A stretch of DNA of 64,000 bases, from assembly GCA_000165425.1 (NCBI GenBank), contig CT868664.1, forward strand, positions 1-64,000, written 5' to 3'. Positions 1 to 13,744 of the stretch are shown here, piece by piece. Position numbers and translations under genes: made by a program. Under the pieces are notes generated by a model. The model was not told the origin of the DNA. It did no database searches and saw nothing but the letters and a program-made list of their open reading frames with translations. The stretch is from Paramecium tetraurelia (lineage: Eukaryota). How positions within the stretch are numbered: the stretch's first letter is position 1; each line of letters opens with the position of its first letter.

Positions 1-1177
1 GTTTGCTAGTGTTCGGGGAGTGTTACAATACCTCCCGAGATATGCGAGATTAGAATAAATTAGACCTCGGTAATAATATAAGGGAAGATGTGGGATTAAG
101 ACTCGTAAAGGAATAGGGGACAAGAAAAGAAGTTGAGAGATGACAAAGATGTCATAACTTCTACATGGCCTTCTTAGGTATCAAGTGAAAGGTTGATCAA
201 AGAGATTGCAGAGGTCGAAAGAACCTTAGCCCTAGCTCAAAAGGTAAATGATATAGATATCCACATCTTACCTAAGACAATATTCCTGGAAGGAATTGTA
301 AGGTTTGTGGAATAATTCGGAGCAGGAAATTATCTATAGCAAGAACCTTATAACCCTAAATTTTGAATCGAAGTTGATATTGCATTCAAATTATGAAATC
401 TCTGTCATAAAGTCTCCAATAAATTTTTGAGTGTTTGAGCGATGGGGGAAATATACATCTCCGTATTTTAATTATTTCCTTGTCAGAATCACGCACCATC
501 CGGATGGAACTCAGGGAACGACAGATCGGACAATTACACAGGGTAAGCTCGCCCCGATCTGGGGCACCGCTGACGGCAGTACATCAAGACAAGATAGCCG
601 AGAGAGAAAGCTAAGGATGGGAATTGGGAAACATGACCCAAGAATGATGACTTTAGTGCATTTCATGGGGAAAAGAGAGGATGTTGAAATCGCATGATAC
701 GTCCATAGTGATGGTCGGAAACTCGATTGGAAAGTACAAATAGTCAGGAAAAAGGGCAAGAAAAAACGTCGCTTAATTTTATGGATTTCAAAGTAAAATT
801 TTCAAAATAGAGTCCTGGTTAAGAAAGAAAATCGGATGCAGGCCCTCTCCGTACATTTCGTAATGTCTCATAGATGAAGCCATTATGATCCAATCCTTAT
901 GTCCAAGTTAGAATCCTTCTGCGATTACATTGATCATTATAATGGATAATTTATTTTGAATAAAATTGAATATACGAGTTACTGGTACTAAATACTTGAA
1001 ATATGTGCATATTTGAGCGAAACCTTGGAATTTCTTTTCTTCTAATTTCTTCTATTAAAATTAAGATTTAATCATTATTAGAATTGTAAATCAAAGGGAA
1101 TTCTGAAGCAAAGGGTTATTAAGAAATTAATTAGAAATATATAAATAATTTAGGATATGATTATGATATCACATGAT

Positions 1178-1327
1178 NNNNNNNNNNNNNNNNNNNNNNN
1201 NNNNNNNNNNNNNNNNNNNNNNNNNNNNNNNNNNNNNNNNNNNNNNNNNNNNNNNNNNNNNNNNNNNNNNNNNNNNNNNNNNNNNNNNNNNNNNNNNNNN
1301 NNNNNNNNNNNNNNNNNNNNNNNNNNN
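1178..1327. other. Assembly gap (N run)
   Basis: Run of n characters. Confidence 0.99.
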
Positions 1328-2882
1328 TCCATCCAGTTACCAAACTTTTTCTCGTCTCCGCTTTCATCATATGATCCTCCTCCGCTAAAAGTATATTGTA
1401 ATAAAAATATTGCTTACATTTTTTCAAATTGATTACTCCTTCTATAAAATATATCCCATAAACCAATTTTTTTACCATTTAAATATTTTCCACTATAAGT
1501 TAATTAAGAATCAAAAGAAAATTGTTCGGATACTTCAACCCAATCCCCCAATTTATTTCCATCTTTATTGTATTATCCTCCACCACTTAAAATATTTCAT
1601 AACCCTTACATTTGTTTAAATTAATTTTCATATTATTTTCGATATAAAATATCCCATCGACCATTTTTTGTACCATTCAAATAATCTCCACTATAGGTAA
1701 TTTAAGAATAATAATTAAATTCGGAAGACACTTCGATCCAACTACCAAACTAAACCTAATCTGTTTCATTATACGATCCCCCTCCACTATTAAATATTTA
1801 TTATGTGCTTTAAATATAATATTAATACATCCACTCGCTCTTATCGGCAGAATAAGGCTTTTTATACCAAATATCCCATCGACCAATTTTTTTCCCATTT
1901 TGATACTCTCCTTAATAAGTAAATTAAGAATATTTGTCAAATCCATCAGCTACTTCTATCCAACAGCCTAATTTAATCTCGCCTCCTTCATCATCATATA
2001 ATCCTCCACCACTATAATAAATTTTCTATATTATATATGTACATCTATTTAAATTCATTTTCGTATTATTTTCTATACAATACATTCCATTTGCCTACTT
2101 TTTTACCATTTTTATATTATCCATTATAAATAACTTAAGAATCTAATCTAAACCCTTCACCCTACTCAATCCAGTTACCAAACTTAATCTCATCCCCATT
2201 TTCATTATATGATCCTCCACCACTAAAATTATATTTAATTAGGTTTGTTTACATTTTTTCAAATTGATCACTCCTTCTATACGATATATCCCATCTACCA
2301 ATTTTTTTACCATTTTTATATTCACCACTGTAAATAATTTGTGAATCGCGCTAAAACTCATCACTTAAATCAACCCATCTGCCATTCTTCAGTCCTTGTT
2401 TATTATAGGACCCACCTCCACTAATTAATATTTCAATAATCAAACATCAAATTTTCATCATAGAGATATATCCATTTTCCATTTTTTATATCATTACAGT
2501 ATTCTCCGCTTATATAAACTTGAGCATTTCTTATAATAATTTCTTAATTCTTAAATACCTCCAAAACATCTTTGTTAATTCTTTCCATTAACCTTTTTTT
2601 TTCCCATCCTCCGAGTACTAACCGCCAACATTGTCTAATATCACTCCATTCCATGCCGCTGTCCAATTTCCAATCTTCTAATTATTCTAACCATAATTTC
2701 CTAACCATTTTAAGTAATGACTTTATTCTAAATAGGTGAACGTTTCATATTTTTGGATTGTATTGTAATTCAATTTCTTGTAATCTTATTGGTCTTGTTA
2801 ATGAGGCCTATTCAAATTATCGATATACTCTTTACCTAATTCTCTTTTTATTGTTTTGGCAACTTGAGCACATATTTCCCAT
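1328..2882 (-). CDS. MORN-variant (MORN_2-like) tandem repeat protein, 3' end lost in gap
   Basis: Starts MGNMCSSCQ. Repeats of the type IGGGSYxE..K(I/F)GxWIE..F....Q(V/I)xYxGEYxNGKKxGRWDIxY, each split by a short intron. This repeat type is expanded in Paramecium. Confidence 0.85.
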
Positions 2883-4849
2883 TTCTATTAATTTAAGTAT
2901 TATTATGAGTTTTCAATTAAAATTGTTTTATAAATTATTGCTCCTAAGTGATAGAAAAACAATTTAATTTAATAATTTTTAGTATGGTGAGTAAACGGCA
3001 GATCAACATGAAGAAAAAACCACAAAAATAATTTCCATCTATAATTTTAATATAACACTGTTAATAAATGCAATTCACAACCTAATTAATTTGATGTTTT
3101 TTATCAAATTTAGGAAAAAGCAAATTAAAAATATTTACTTTTGTTAATTATATTTGAAAAGCAGATATATACTTTTTTAAGTCCCTCAGCAATAGAATTA
3201 TTCTATAAAATTGATGTGATAAGATTTGGTCATTTATTTTATTTCTTGATCAATTTTATATTTATTAAGGATGCGAAAAAGAATTGGATAATAATATTTA
3301 TCAAACGCAATACTCAGACAGCAAGAAGAATAATTTGAATCTCTTACTACAAAGAGGTTATTCTATAAATACTTTTCATGCTGCTAAGACTCATATTTAT
3401 TGCTAAATTCTAAGAACACCTTAAACAGTGCATATAATCAACTTTAAATTGTATGTTAGAATTGATATGAAATTTTAAGTTTCACCCTATACTTTAGTTC
3501 AAGATTTGAACTCTCTCCAAGTTATGACTGAAATTTCAAAACAATCAGATTTATTTAAACTTAATTTTAATCTTAAATATAATTCAAATTTTTAGTAAAA
3601 TTCAAAAAACAAGAAAAACTCAGGAATCCAATCTTCAAACCAATATTTATTATTTTAATATTTATTGAAACCTCATAGGAGTTAAAGGTAATGATTAAAA
3701 TTAATAAATCATTCAGATCATTTTGCTCATCGCTTGTACCCACATAATGGAGGTTATTTTTTATTTATTGCAAAAATTGTACCAAGACAAATCAAATCAT
3801 AAATAGTGAAAATATGATTTGATAACTAACCTTAAATTAATAGAAAAAAAAGTATTTGCAAATTATAAATCCACTTATTAACATTTTTTGAAATCTCATT
3901 GTTTGCCTAGTTAATTATTAATTCTCATCTCCATAAAATATCAATTTGTTTAAAATTATTAAAGGATAACAATTCATATTTACAGGACATAACAATTAAT
4001 TTATGTAAATAATTTTATTATTTTTATTTTCTGAAAATGCTCGAAAAGGTTCATTAAAAGTTGATTAAAAAGTCTTTTTGTTGCTAATCACTATAAGTTT
4101 TCATTATATTTTTTTGTAATTGTTTATTTGGATATAAAAAATATCAACAATGAAACTCTTACATTAAAAAAAATTTAGAATTTTATTATGTTATCTTACA
4201 TATTATATATAAAATAGCACATAAAAAGAATATGATTATCTAGAATCAAAGAATGATCTTTAACTAAGCACTAAATAAAAAATATTCACAGATATAGTTT
4301 ACTTTTTCTTTTGAAGTTTATTTCAATAATATGCTTTGCCTCTTATTATCAATAATTTATAACAAAAATGAAGCTTTTGGATGATATTTTGTTATCAGAA
4401 TTGAAGTTAATTAAAATAGACTCAATTGAAACATTCACATAATTAGATGTGCCATTGATAGTAAATACTTTTATTATAATAGTTTTTAGTCTATTTATTG
4501 ATGCTAATAAATCTAATCTGAATCATCAAATGAAACTTGTAAGCGGTCGCGCTAGAATCTATTTGAAGAAATATCAAAATTAAATGAATTCTATCAAATT
4601 TTGAGAGTATTTAAATATTAGCATACATAATTCAAGTAATTTTATACATAGAATTTTAATTTGCTAGGGTGATCATTATTATAAGACTTTGTAAAGAATT
4701 ATAAAGCAATAAGACTGATATTCTTTAAAGGCTTTTAAAGCATGCAAGTTTAAGTTCTTTAGAAGATAATGTTTGTGCATCTCAAAATAGATTCAAGTGA
4801 TTCATAATCCTATATAAATAATTTATAATATTATCATTATAATCAAAAA

Positions 4850-5990
4850 TCAAAACGATTATTTGCAAAAATATTTATCCACTATTTATTTGGCTTCATC
4901 TTCAGAATAAGGTTTAAATGGTTTGTATACTTTTTTTAAGGGAACACTGGTTTTTTCGAAATTTGTCTTTATAATATATTCTGGTTATGATTATTCGTGA
5001 ATTGGAGATGGCTAATCTTAATGAAGTTTAGGAAATTCATCTTTAGATTAAATCTAGAGTTTCTGATTTATATCTTTTTATTTGGGATATTATTTTTCAG
5101 CATTCGGAAAAATGTTTTTTAGAGCTTGGATATTATTACTATGATTGTAAGGCATTAGATGATCTACTGATTTTGTTGAAACAAGGGCGCTTTTATAATA
5201 TTTTAATTAAGTGTTTTGCGAGAACATAGTTTTTTCTTATATGCCAAATGCTTCATCTTATTTAAATGTACGTAGGCTTGTGGAATATGTGGTGTAAGGG
5301 TTTTTCTTTATTACAGGATTAAAAGGCAACTTTCCTGATGCTTCTAATTCTTACTATCGGAACCTTTTAAAATCAATTTGAGAATTCTCTTATTCAAGAT
5401 AAATAAAATTATCCTCTGGATTGCGATAAGGTATCTAACTCCAAGCTTGTTTAGAATTGAAATTTGCAGATTATGACTTAAATGTATCTTGACTCATCCA
5501 TTTCTCTTTCATAGTAGCTTTCCAGTTAGGTTTCGAGATCATTGTTACATTTCTGAATGAATGATCTATAATTGAAGTATTTTCCAGTTTTTCTTAAAGC
5601 CTTTCATTCTCTGTTCTTGGGTTCTTACCATATCTCATAGGCATTTATTCAGCAGCCAAGATTTCATTTCTCATGTTTTTAGGGAAGCAATTGTATGGCC
5701 CAGCCTGAAGATGATTATTATTAAATTCTTCTTAAGCTTCCTATGCTCTTATTTTAGCAGGCTTATATCGTTTATTATAAATTGGAGGATTGGGATCATG
5801 GGTTCGATTAACAAATTCATGTAATTCAGGATTTAATAATGGAATGCTTCCACTTCTAATACCTAATTTTTTCCAATGAGATACTTTTCACAAAGCTTGA
5901 ATTATGATTAGAATTGATATATTTCTTTATTCTTTCAGAGCTTTGGGCTGCTAATTGTATCACGCTACTTTAATATGTTTATTATTTCAT
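4850..5990 (-). CDS. Hypothetical protein
   Basis: Ciliate-code ORF MKQQTYQSSVIQLAAQ...GSIPLLNPELHEFVNRTHDPNPP...KYFCKQSF* with short intron(s). No domain recognised. Confidence 0.7.
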
Positions 5991-7363
5991 TAATAAAATT
6001 AAGATAAATATATATCATGTTACTAAAAAATTTTTAATTCATAGTTTATGTGTTACAATAAGCAATTAGTGTAAATCATGTAATTTGAGGAAGATCTTTC
6101 AAAGATGCATTTGCATTAGTAAGATTTAAGTATTTCATAAAATCATCATCATTTTTCTTAGTTAGCATATACCATGTATAAACAATCTAAAGACATATGC
6201 TCATATATTAATTGAAACAATTAACAAAGTTGAATTATTTTGGTATTCATATCTATCTAATTTTTTTTCATATCTACTAAGAATTTAATTCCTAATTCTT
6301 TTTATTAAAATTAATCCTTTAATACCAATAAACTTAACTTGTAATTCATTTATATTATTAGTTTGATGTATAAGAATTCTTTAGTGAATGAAAAAATAAT
6401 AGAATTTAAGAAATAATTTTTTTAATTAATGTATTACAAAAACTTAATTAGTAGCTTTTGGGTGTAATATGTGGTAAGATCTAGTAGAATAATTTAGTGA
6501 TTTAATATACAAATACTTTCTCATTATCGATTGTCTATCTAATCTTAAGTTTTTCAAAATTTTATATAAAAACCAAATCAAAATTTTAACTTTATTAAAT
6601 CCAAGTTTATTTTAGTGTATTTGTAAAAATCATTAGGTTAATACTTTATAAATTTAAATTTTCGTGGACTACATGTATAAATTACAATAAATAATTAAAA
6701 ATATTGAATTGTTAATTTAATAATTTATTTAAATTTCGAAGTAAAAAAACATAAGAACTAAATAGTATCTATTCTTTTAGTTATTATCATTATAAATTAT
6801 GTTAATTTTACTAATAATTCTTCCAACTCAATGGGTTCCTAGATATTGACAATATACTTTTTCCAGATTTTGATTTAATGAAGAAAGACTTGTTGAGATC
6901 ATTTGTATTCCTAATTGAAAATTCCTAAATCTCAAAATTAATTTTTCTAAAGATTAGCTCTCATAACCAATGTCAAAGATTCTTCTAAGAAGAATTAAAA
7001 ACTGGTTATTTTAAATTTGATTGTATTGAAAATCATTCGAAAACATACAATTCATTCTCAATTTACACTTTATAGCAGAAAACTATCATAAATATTATGT
7101 TAATAAATAAACGTTATTTTATAAGAAGTAATCCTTAACATAAATAGAAATTATTATTTGAAAAAGAATAATAATAAAGAATTGTTATGATGAGCTATCT
7201 TAAGAATTTGATAGAAGTAGGAGTACCAGGAATTTAAATTAAAAGGCATCGCTTAATATTTATTTATTTATTTATTGAGAAATGAAGTCTATATAAATAA
7301 TTAATTGTCACAAATTAAAGGTGATTTTGATTTTAAAATTAAAGATTTTAAATATTCTTTAAA

Positions 7364-8187
7364 ATGTCATAAAAGAAGGCTTAAATATAAGTGGAGTATG
7401 CAATTATAATAATGTTAGATAAAAAGTACCAGAAAGTATTGTTAAGAAAACATAAAGAGATTCAAAATTAAGAGACCTCGTTGTTAAAAAAAGAGCAGAA
7501 AGATTAGGGTAGAATAAAGTTAGAAGAGCATAATTAGAAAAGAGTGCTTAGGCTTACGAAGCAGAATATAAGGCAACAGAAAAGAGTTTAGTTGATAACA
7601 TTCGTAAGGCAAAGAGCGAAGGTGGATTCTATGTCCCAGCTGAAGCTAAATTGATTCTTGTCATTAGAATCAGAGGGTAAAGCATTTAGAATTAAAATTA
7701 GTATCAACACGTTGAATCCATAAGTGAGACAAACTCTTAGGCTTTTGAAATTGAGACAATTACATAATGCAGCTTTTGTCAGAATCAACAAAGCAACAAT
7801 TGAAATGATCCGAAAAGTAGAACCATACATCACTTATGGATATCCTTCAAGAACAGTGATTAAGAACTTGATTTACAAGAGAGGATATGCCAAAGTCAAT
7901 GGTTAAAGAATTCCATTGACCTCAAACACAATAATTGATTAATAACTTGGAAAATATGGTATTCATGGAATTGAAGATCTTATTCATGAAATCACTACAG
8001 TGGGAGCACATTTCAAGGAAGCTAACAGATTTTTGTGGTAAGGAAATGTAATTATCAATGAAATAGGGCATTCAAATTAAGAGGACCAAGAGGAGGATTC
8101 ATTGCCAAAAGAAGATCATTTATCAATCAAGGAGATTGGGGAAATAGAGAGGATCTTATCAACGATCTTGCAAAAAGAATGATCTGA
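7364..8187 (+). CDS. RPL7: 60S ribosomal protein L7 (uL30)
   Basis: KVPESIVKK...[19 protein letters not shown]...[32 protein letters not shown]...IYKRGY...[13 protein letters not shown]; three short introns. Confidence 0.97.
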
Positions 8188-8335
8188 TGATTGAGTAGAT
8201 TAATGTCAATACAGTATAATAAATACATTAATTTTTTAATCGTGTTCTGTACGTTTCAAATTAGAATCCATAAGTCTTGTTATATAACAATGAATAAATT
8301 TTACAAACAGAGAAATATTATAAATATACAAAGAA

Positions 8336-10222
8336 ATGTCTGAAGAATGGTCTACCAAATAAATTGACAAATACATCATAGTCAACACAAAACTAGGAAA
8401 TGGTGCCTTTGGTACTGTCTATAGAGGTTTTAAGAAAAATGATGAAACGAAGCAAGTTGCTGTTAAAGCAATTTCAATAGCTGTAATAATTAATAAATTA
8501 TCATCTAGAGTATCAAGGATTCTGCCAAGATGGTGGAACATATCAAAAGAGAAATTTCAATCTTACAATAAGCTAATAATCCGCACATTGTTAAATTATA
8601 TGATGTTGCTCGAACACCCCATTATTTATACCTATTCTTGGAGTACTGTCATGATGGAGACTTAAAAAAGTATTTATCAACAAAATATGGGAGAAGGCTC
8701 AGCGAAGTATTTCTCTTTCTAATTGTTTAGGTTGAAGCAGTAATTTTTTTGAAGCATCTAGTTGAAGGATTTCGAACACTTTACCAACTGAAAATTATTC
8801 ATAGAGATATCAAACCAGCCAATATATTATTGCATAAAGGAGTTGCTAAAATTACCGATTTTGGCTTTGCAAGAGTCATTGACACTGGAATGAACGGTAA
8901 TACATATATCCATTAAATTAGATCCCGCTTACTTTTCAAGAGTTGGATCGCCTCTTTATATGGCCCCACAGATACTTGAAGGTCAGCCATTTTCATCTAA
9001 ATGTGATGTTTGGTCTATGGGAATTATGTTGTTTGAGATGTTGTATGGCAAGCCGCCTTGGGATGGAGATAACTAATATAGTCTATTGCAGAATATTAAG
9101 AAAACAGCTTTAGTTATCCCAGATGCTCCTGTTAGAAGTGATAAAATAAAGCAATTGTTAAGACATATGCTTGTTGTATAAGAAAAGGTATATTGATTTT
9201 AAACTGTTCTTAGGATAGATTCTCATGGGAATAAATCTTTCATCATGAAATCATTCAGATCTAAGAGGCATAAATTAAAAATAACTTAGAATAACTGATG
9301 AAAGAAAAAGATGAATTGTCTCGTTCTGAAAGTCTAAACAAACTCTATATGGAAATGAATTTAGTTGTGGGATATCTTGATTAACCTGATTAGATCGTTT
9401 AAGAACCTTCAACTCCTTAATCCACTTAAAGCAATGAAGAAAAACAATCTATTGATGATATTAATCATGAAAAAGTATTCGATCTTTTGTTATTAGGGAT
9501 TACAACTTATTAACCAATATGACACTGAGCAAAAAAGACGCAAGGCTATGTTAAAATACAATACGTATTTTCTGTTTGAAAGAAACATTGCATTCTTCTT
9601 TAATTATGTCATCCAAAAGATTATTAAGATGTCACATTTAGGAATCTTGAAATTGAATTAAGAACTCTATTATACAACAATATTTTGCATCTCCAAAAAT
9701 CAAAATGTGCATCTCAAAAGGATGTCTGATTAATTATTGTCCAAGAACCCAGAAAAGTTTGATAGAGAAACTTGGGGTAGATATTTAATCAGTTAAGAAT
9801 ATAAAAAGATATTGACTGTTACTAAAAATGATATCAAACATACAGAGGACTTTTATTTAGAAATTTACAAGAAAGAAAAATAAATTATTGAAAAAGAATT
9901 AGCACAACCAGACAACAAAAGAGCATCAAAAATTAAGTCAGTTTTAGATGTTAATTTTGATTAAAATGCTTCCTTTTAATAATTATATTAATAAGTGGTG
10001 TAAGAATGTTTAGAAATTATTAAATCTATTATTAAGCAAACCAAAGAAACCGATCCTGTTTACAAGGATTTATTGTAATTAGGATGGTTTTTAGTTATTT
10101 GTTTAAATCCATATTTAGAATTCAAAGACATAAACATGGATTTTAATTAGTTCTATGAAGAGATGTAAACATTAACAGAAGCTTAACTTCTTGAAAAAAT
10201 TGGTAAACGTTTAGATTTATGA
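8336..10222 (+). CDS. Ser/Thr protein kinase, ULK/ATG1-like
   Basis: LGNGAFGTVY, VAVK, LEYCHDGDL, HRDIKPANILL, DFGFAR, GSPLYMAPQ, DVWSMG; helical C-terminal region. Confidence 0.9.
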
Positions 10223-10624
10223 ATCTTTTTGTATCAGTGTAATATAATATATCTGATAACTATGAAATTTCAAATTTTTTTCTTTGTTTTTATTTATGTT
10301 AAGTTATTTAGATCTTCTTGAATTAGAGATTCAAAATTAGTATAAATATATGATTTGAGATATTCTTATAAGATTATGTTTATCCAATTCTAATTAAACT
10401 TAGTGATAATCAATAATTGATATTAAATGATGGAAGCAAAAGAATTTATTATTCCTAAAACACCGTTTATGTTTTATTTTGAAATAATATCATTCGTAAA
10501 TTTTACTTTCTTAAATCCATCAATAAATTTCTCGACTAATTGTTTAATTAATTGAGATTTATATTGTAAATATTAATAAATAAATAGAATGTATAATCTA
10601 TATTATTCCATAACTCAATGATCC

Positions 10625-11572
10625 TCAGTTTTAAATTCCAAGATCCTTTTACAATACTTCTGAAACTTAGTCAATGACATCCTTTTCAACCTCTTAATTA
10701 GGATCTTAAAGTGTGATTGTTAATCTTTTAATTTCAGTTTCTAATCTACTCTGCATCCTTTAGAATCTCTTTCTAATTGAAGGAGATCTAGATCTCTCTT
10801 CTTCATTATCATCTTTTTATTGCTTAGGTTTATGTGTTTAGGTAGGTTTGAAATTCAATTAAAAAACCTTCGATAGATTAGTTGGGATACTTTCTTCGAT
10901 TTCTAATTCTTCAATAAAACCTGTTTCTACTCTAAATAACCATCCATGAACCATGACGGCTAAAAAGCATAAAATGAATATTTATACGATGTCCATCCTG
11001 CCAAGATTTTTAGACAATTGGATTTTTCCATACATTAAGTACTTATTCTCTCACATTCATATGAGCTAGACATGCAACTCTATCGTCTTCGTCTTCTAAT
11101 TAGTTGATGAGTTCTTGGTGTTTTTCATAAACCAATTTCAAGTTATTCAGCCATAAATCTAACAATCCTCCAACAGAATCTTATTTCATAGCTGCCTTAA
11201 CACCTCCACAAAAGGTATGTCCCATAATTACAATATTGTGAACTTTTAAATGCTCGATGGCATATTGAATTACACAATTGATCTAAAAGAATTCTTAAAA
11301 ATTATTACATTTAAGTCTGTGGGAACAACTACATTAGCAATATTACGATGAATAAAAATTTCTCCAGGGTCAGTTTCTGTAATCTCATTAGGTGGAGCTC
11401 TAGAGTCTGAGCAACCAATCAATAAATATTTGGGATTTTACCCTTGTGAAAGTTTTCTAAAGTATTCAGGGTCTTCTGCAGTCTTTTTAGCAACATAATT
11501 TTTGTTTCCTTGTAACGCCTTTGCGTATTTCTTCATTTCAGAAATACTTTCATGAACGATTTGATTTTACAT
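10625..11572 (-). CDS. Beta-class carbonic anhydrase
   Basis: [43 protein letters not shown] (Cys/Asp/Arg and His-x-x-Cys zinc ligands). Confidence 0.95.
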
Positions 11573-11732
11573 TTTTAAATTATTTGATTATTACAAATGG
11601 CACTGAATTTCAATCCAAGAATTGGCATATTAAACGCAGAAAAAGTCTTTGAAATGACGTCAGTTGATTTGAAGATAATCATCCTAACGCAAGTATGGGA
11701 TAATAATAAATATAATTTACTAACACATTATT

Positions 11733-13416
11733 TCAATTATTTGTGATATATTTGAGAATTGATTAATTACCTTTTTATTTATTCTAAGCAAACTTTGATT
11801 ATTTAATTGCAGGTGACTATTGTTAAGTCAATTATGGGGATAAAATATCAAGAGACTGAACACTTCCAATTGAATCAATTCTTGCTTTAAATAAAGGGGA
11901 TTGTCCAGATAACATCATAGAAGAATCAATCTCCTTTTATTTTTTTGTTGTTTTTTTCAAGATGATTCCTGGTGAGTCATCCGAAGATGAATTTGGAGAA
12001 TTCAAATGTCTACTAGCTTCAAATACAAAATATCTACAATAATTTTTAAATTATACTGTTAATTTATTTTATTTATCCTTTTTCCAACATCGACATCCTC
12101 ATCAATCTAACCTAAATCATTATCACTATCCTCATTGATTTCTGTCTCTTAAATCTGTCTTGCCATATCATTAATGAAAGAATGCTTCAAACAATTTGCA
12201 ACATCGATTCTTGATTTGGGATCCTTGTTTAACATTTTTTTCAATAAGTCCATAGTCTCTTCAGGCAAATTTTTTAATTGTTTTATTGTAAAATCAATTG
12301 CTGCATCTCTATTTTATTTAACTATCATTCTATATGTTTTAGCCATAAAGGCAGGTCTGCCAGATAATAAAATATAAAAAATTAAACCCAAACTATATAC
12401 GTCACATACTGAAGAATATTTTTGCTTTGAATCTTTCTAATTAATTATTTCTGGAGCCACATATCCAGGTGTTCCGCATCGATAATATAAATATTTAGCT
12501 TCATTAACATGAGTCGCCAACCCAAAGTCTGCTATCACAACAGATTGCAATTAACTTAATCAAACATGTAATTTACTTCTTTTGTTTGAATAGAATATTT
12601 TCTAGTTTTAAGTCTCTATGCATAATATCCTTCTAGTGCATTTCTTCTAATCCTAACAATATACCGGATAGTAATTGTTGGACTTCTTTCAATTTCAATC
12701 CCTTTTTTTCTCTTATCAAATCATGCAATGAACCTCCAGAAAGCAATTCCAATACCAAGTAAAGGGAATTTTCAGTTTCATATACTTCATATAATTTCAT
12801 TAAATGTTGATTATTTAATTCCCTCATAATCTAAATTTCATTTATTATTGACTCCTTTCCATTCTCTTCATTATAAGCTGCTTATTTTGAAAACGCTTTG
12901 ACTGCAAACTATTATCCATCTTCAATTCTTTCTGTAAAGTACACCTTTATTTATTAATCGTTTATACTGTTGCAAAGTTTCCTTTTCCAATTTTTTTAAA
13001 AACTCTAAAATATTGATGAAATTTGTATTAATTTATCCTCGATCGCAAGAAATTTCTCAACTCCTTAATTTAATTTTCATCTCCTCCTAATTTTGAGCTT
13101 ATCATTCCATTTCCATAATCAAAATGAAATTATATACCAATTATTTAACCTAAACTATCATCTGTCTCTCCATTTCTATTGCTTTATTAGTAAAGTATTT
13201 CAAATTTGATATCGAAATCTAGTTTGAGGTATTTTGTTGCGATCACTCCGACCTATCAATAATATTCATCTAAACCTTTCCATAAAATATATATTTATCG
13301 TAACAATATAAAACTCTATATTTGCCATTCTTCTTACTTAGAGTACACTTCATTAGTTCATTGTTATGCATTGAACTCATGCCTTTGGGTATGCTAATCC
13401 AAACTTTTTGATTCAT
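11733..13416 (-). CDS. CAMK-like Ser/Thr kinase with N-terminal PH-like region
   Basis: IGKGNFA, AVKAF, LYEVYETENSLYLVLELLSGG, HRDLKLENILF, DFGLA, CGTPGYVAPE. Confidence 0.9.
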
Positions 13417-13671
13417 TTTTAAATTATTAAAATACTTGAGATTTACAATAATATAATAATATAAGTGAGTTGTAGGATTTTAGATTTGCACAAAGTCACA
13501 AATTGAATTTTAAATAAACCTTCTAAGAATAAACCATTATACAGACTGCTAGTCAATAAACTGATTTGGCGAGAATTTTCTGATTTTTAAAATAATGTCT
13601 TCCCAAAGTACTTTCGCCAATAATCTCATCAGCTATTTCATTAACTAATAAATCAGGTTTATATTAACTTT

Positions 13672-13744
13672 GGGAGTATAGCTCAGTTGGGAGAGCGTAA
13701 GACTGAAGATCTTAATGTCATGGGTTCGATCCCCATTGTTCCCA
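13672..13744 (+). tRNA. tRNA-Phe (GAA)
   Basis: GGGAGTA/TGTTCCC acceptor stem, TAGCTCAGTTGGGAGAGC D-arm, TAAGA-CTGAAGA-TCTTA anticodon arm, GGTTCGATCCC T-arm, followed by an oligo-T Pol III terminator. Confidence 0.97.

Noticed and set aside
710..845. RNase P/MRP-like CR-I/CR-V motifs (GGAAACTCGATT / AATCGGAT)
   Set aside because: P4 pairing is imperfect, the spacing is too short and no other conserved regions are present.
1328..2450. CRISPR-like or satellite interpretation of the repeats
   Set aside because: The repeats are degenerate protein-coding units with spliceosomal introns in a eukaryotic genome.
13600..13640. Hammerhead-like core on the minus strand (CTGATGAG...CGAAA GTAC TT)
   Set aside because: Stem I cannot form and stem II is about 1 bp, so this is probably a chance match.
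13420..13670. Telomerase RNA candidate next to the tRNA
   Set aside because: No CAACCCC-type template is present.
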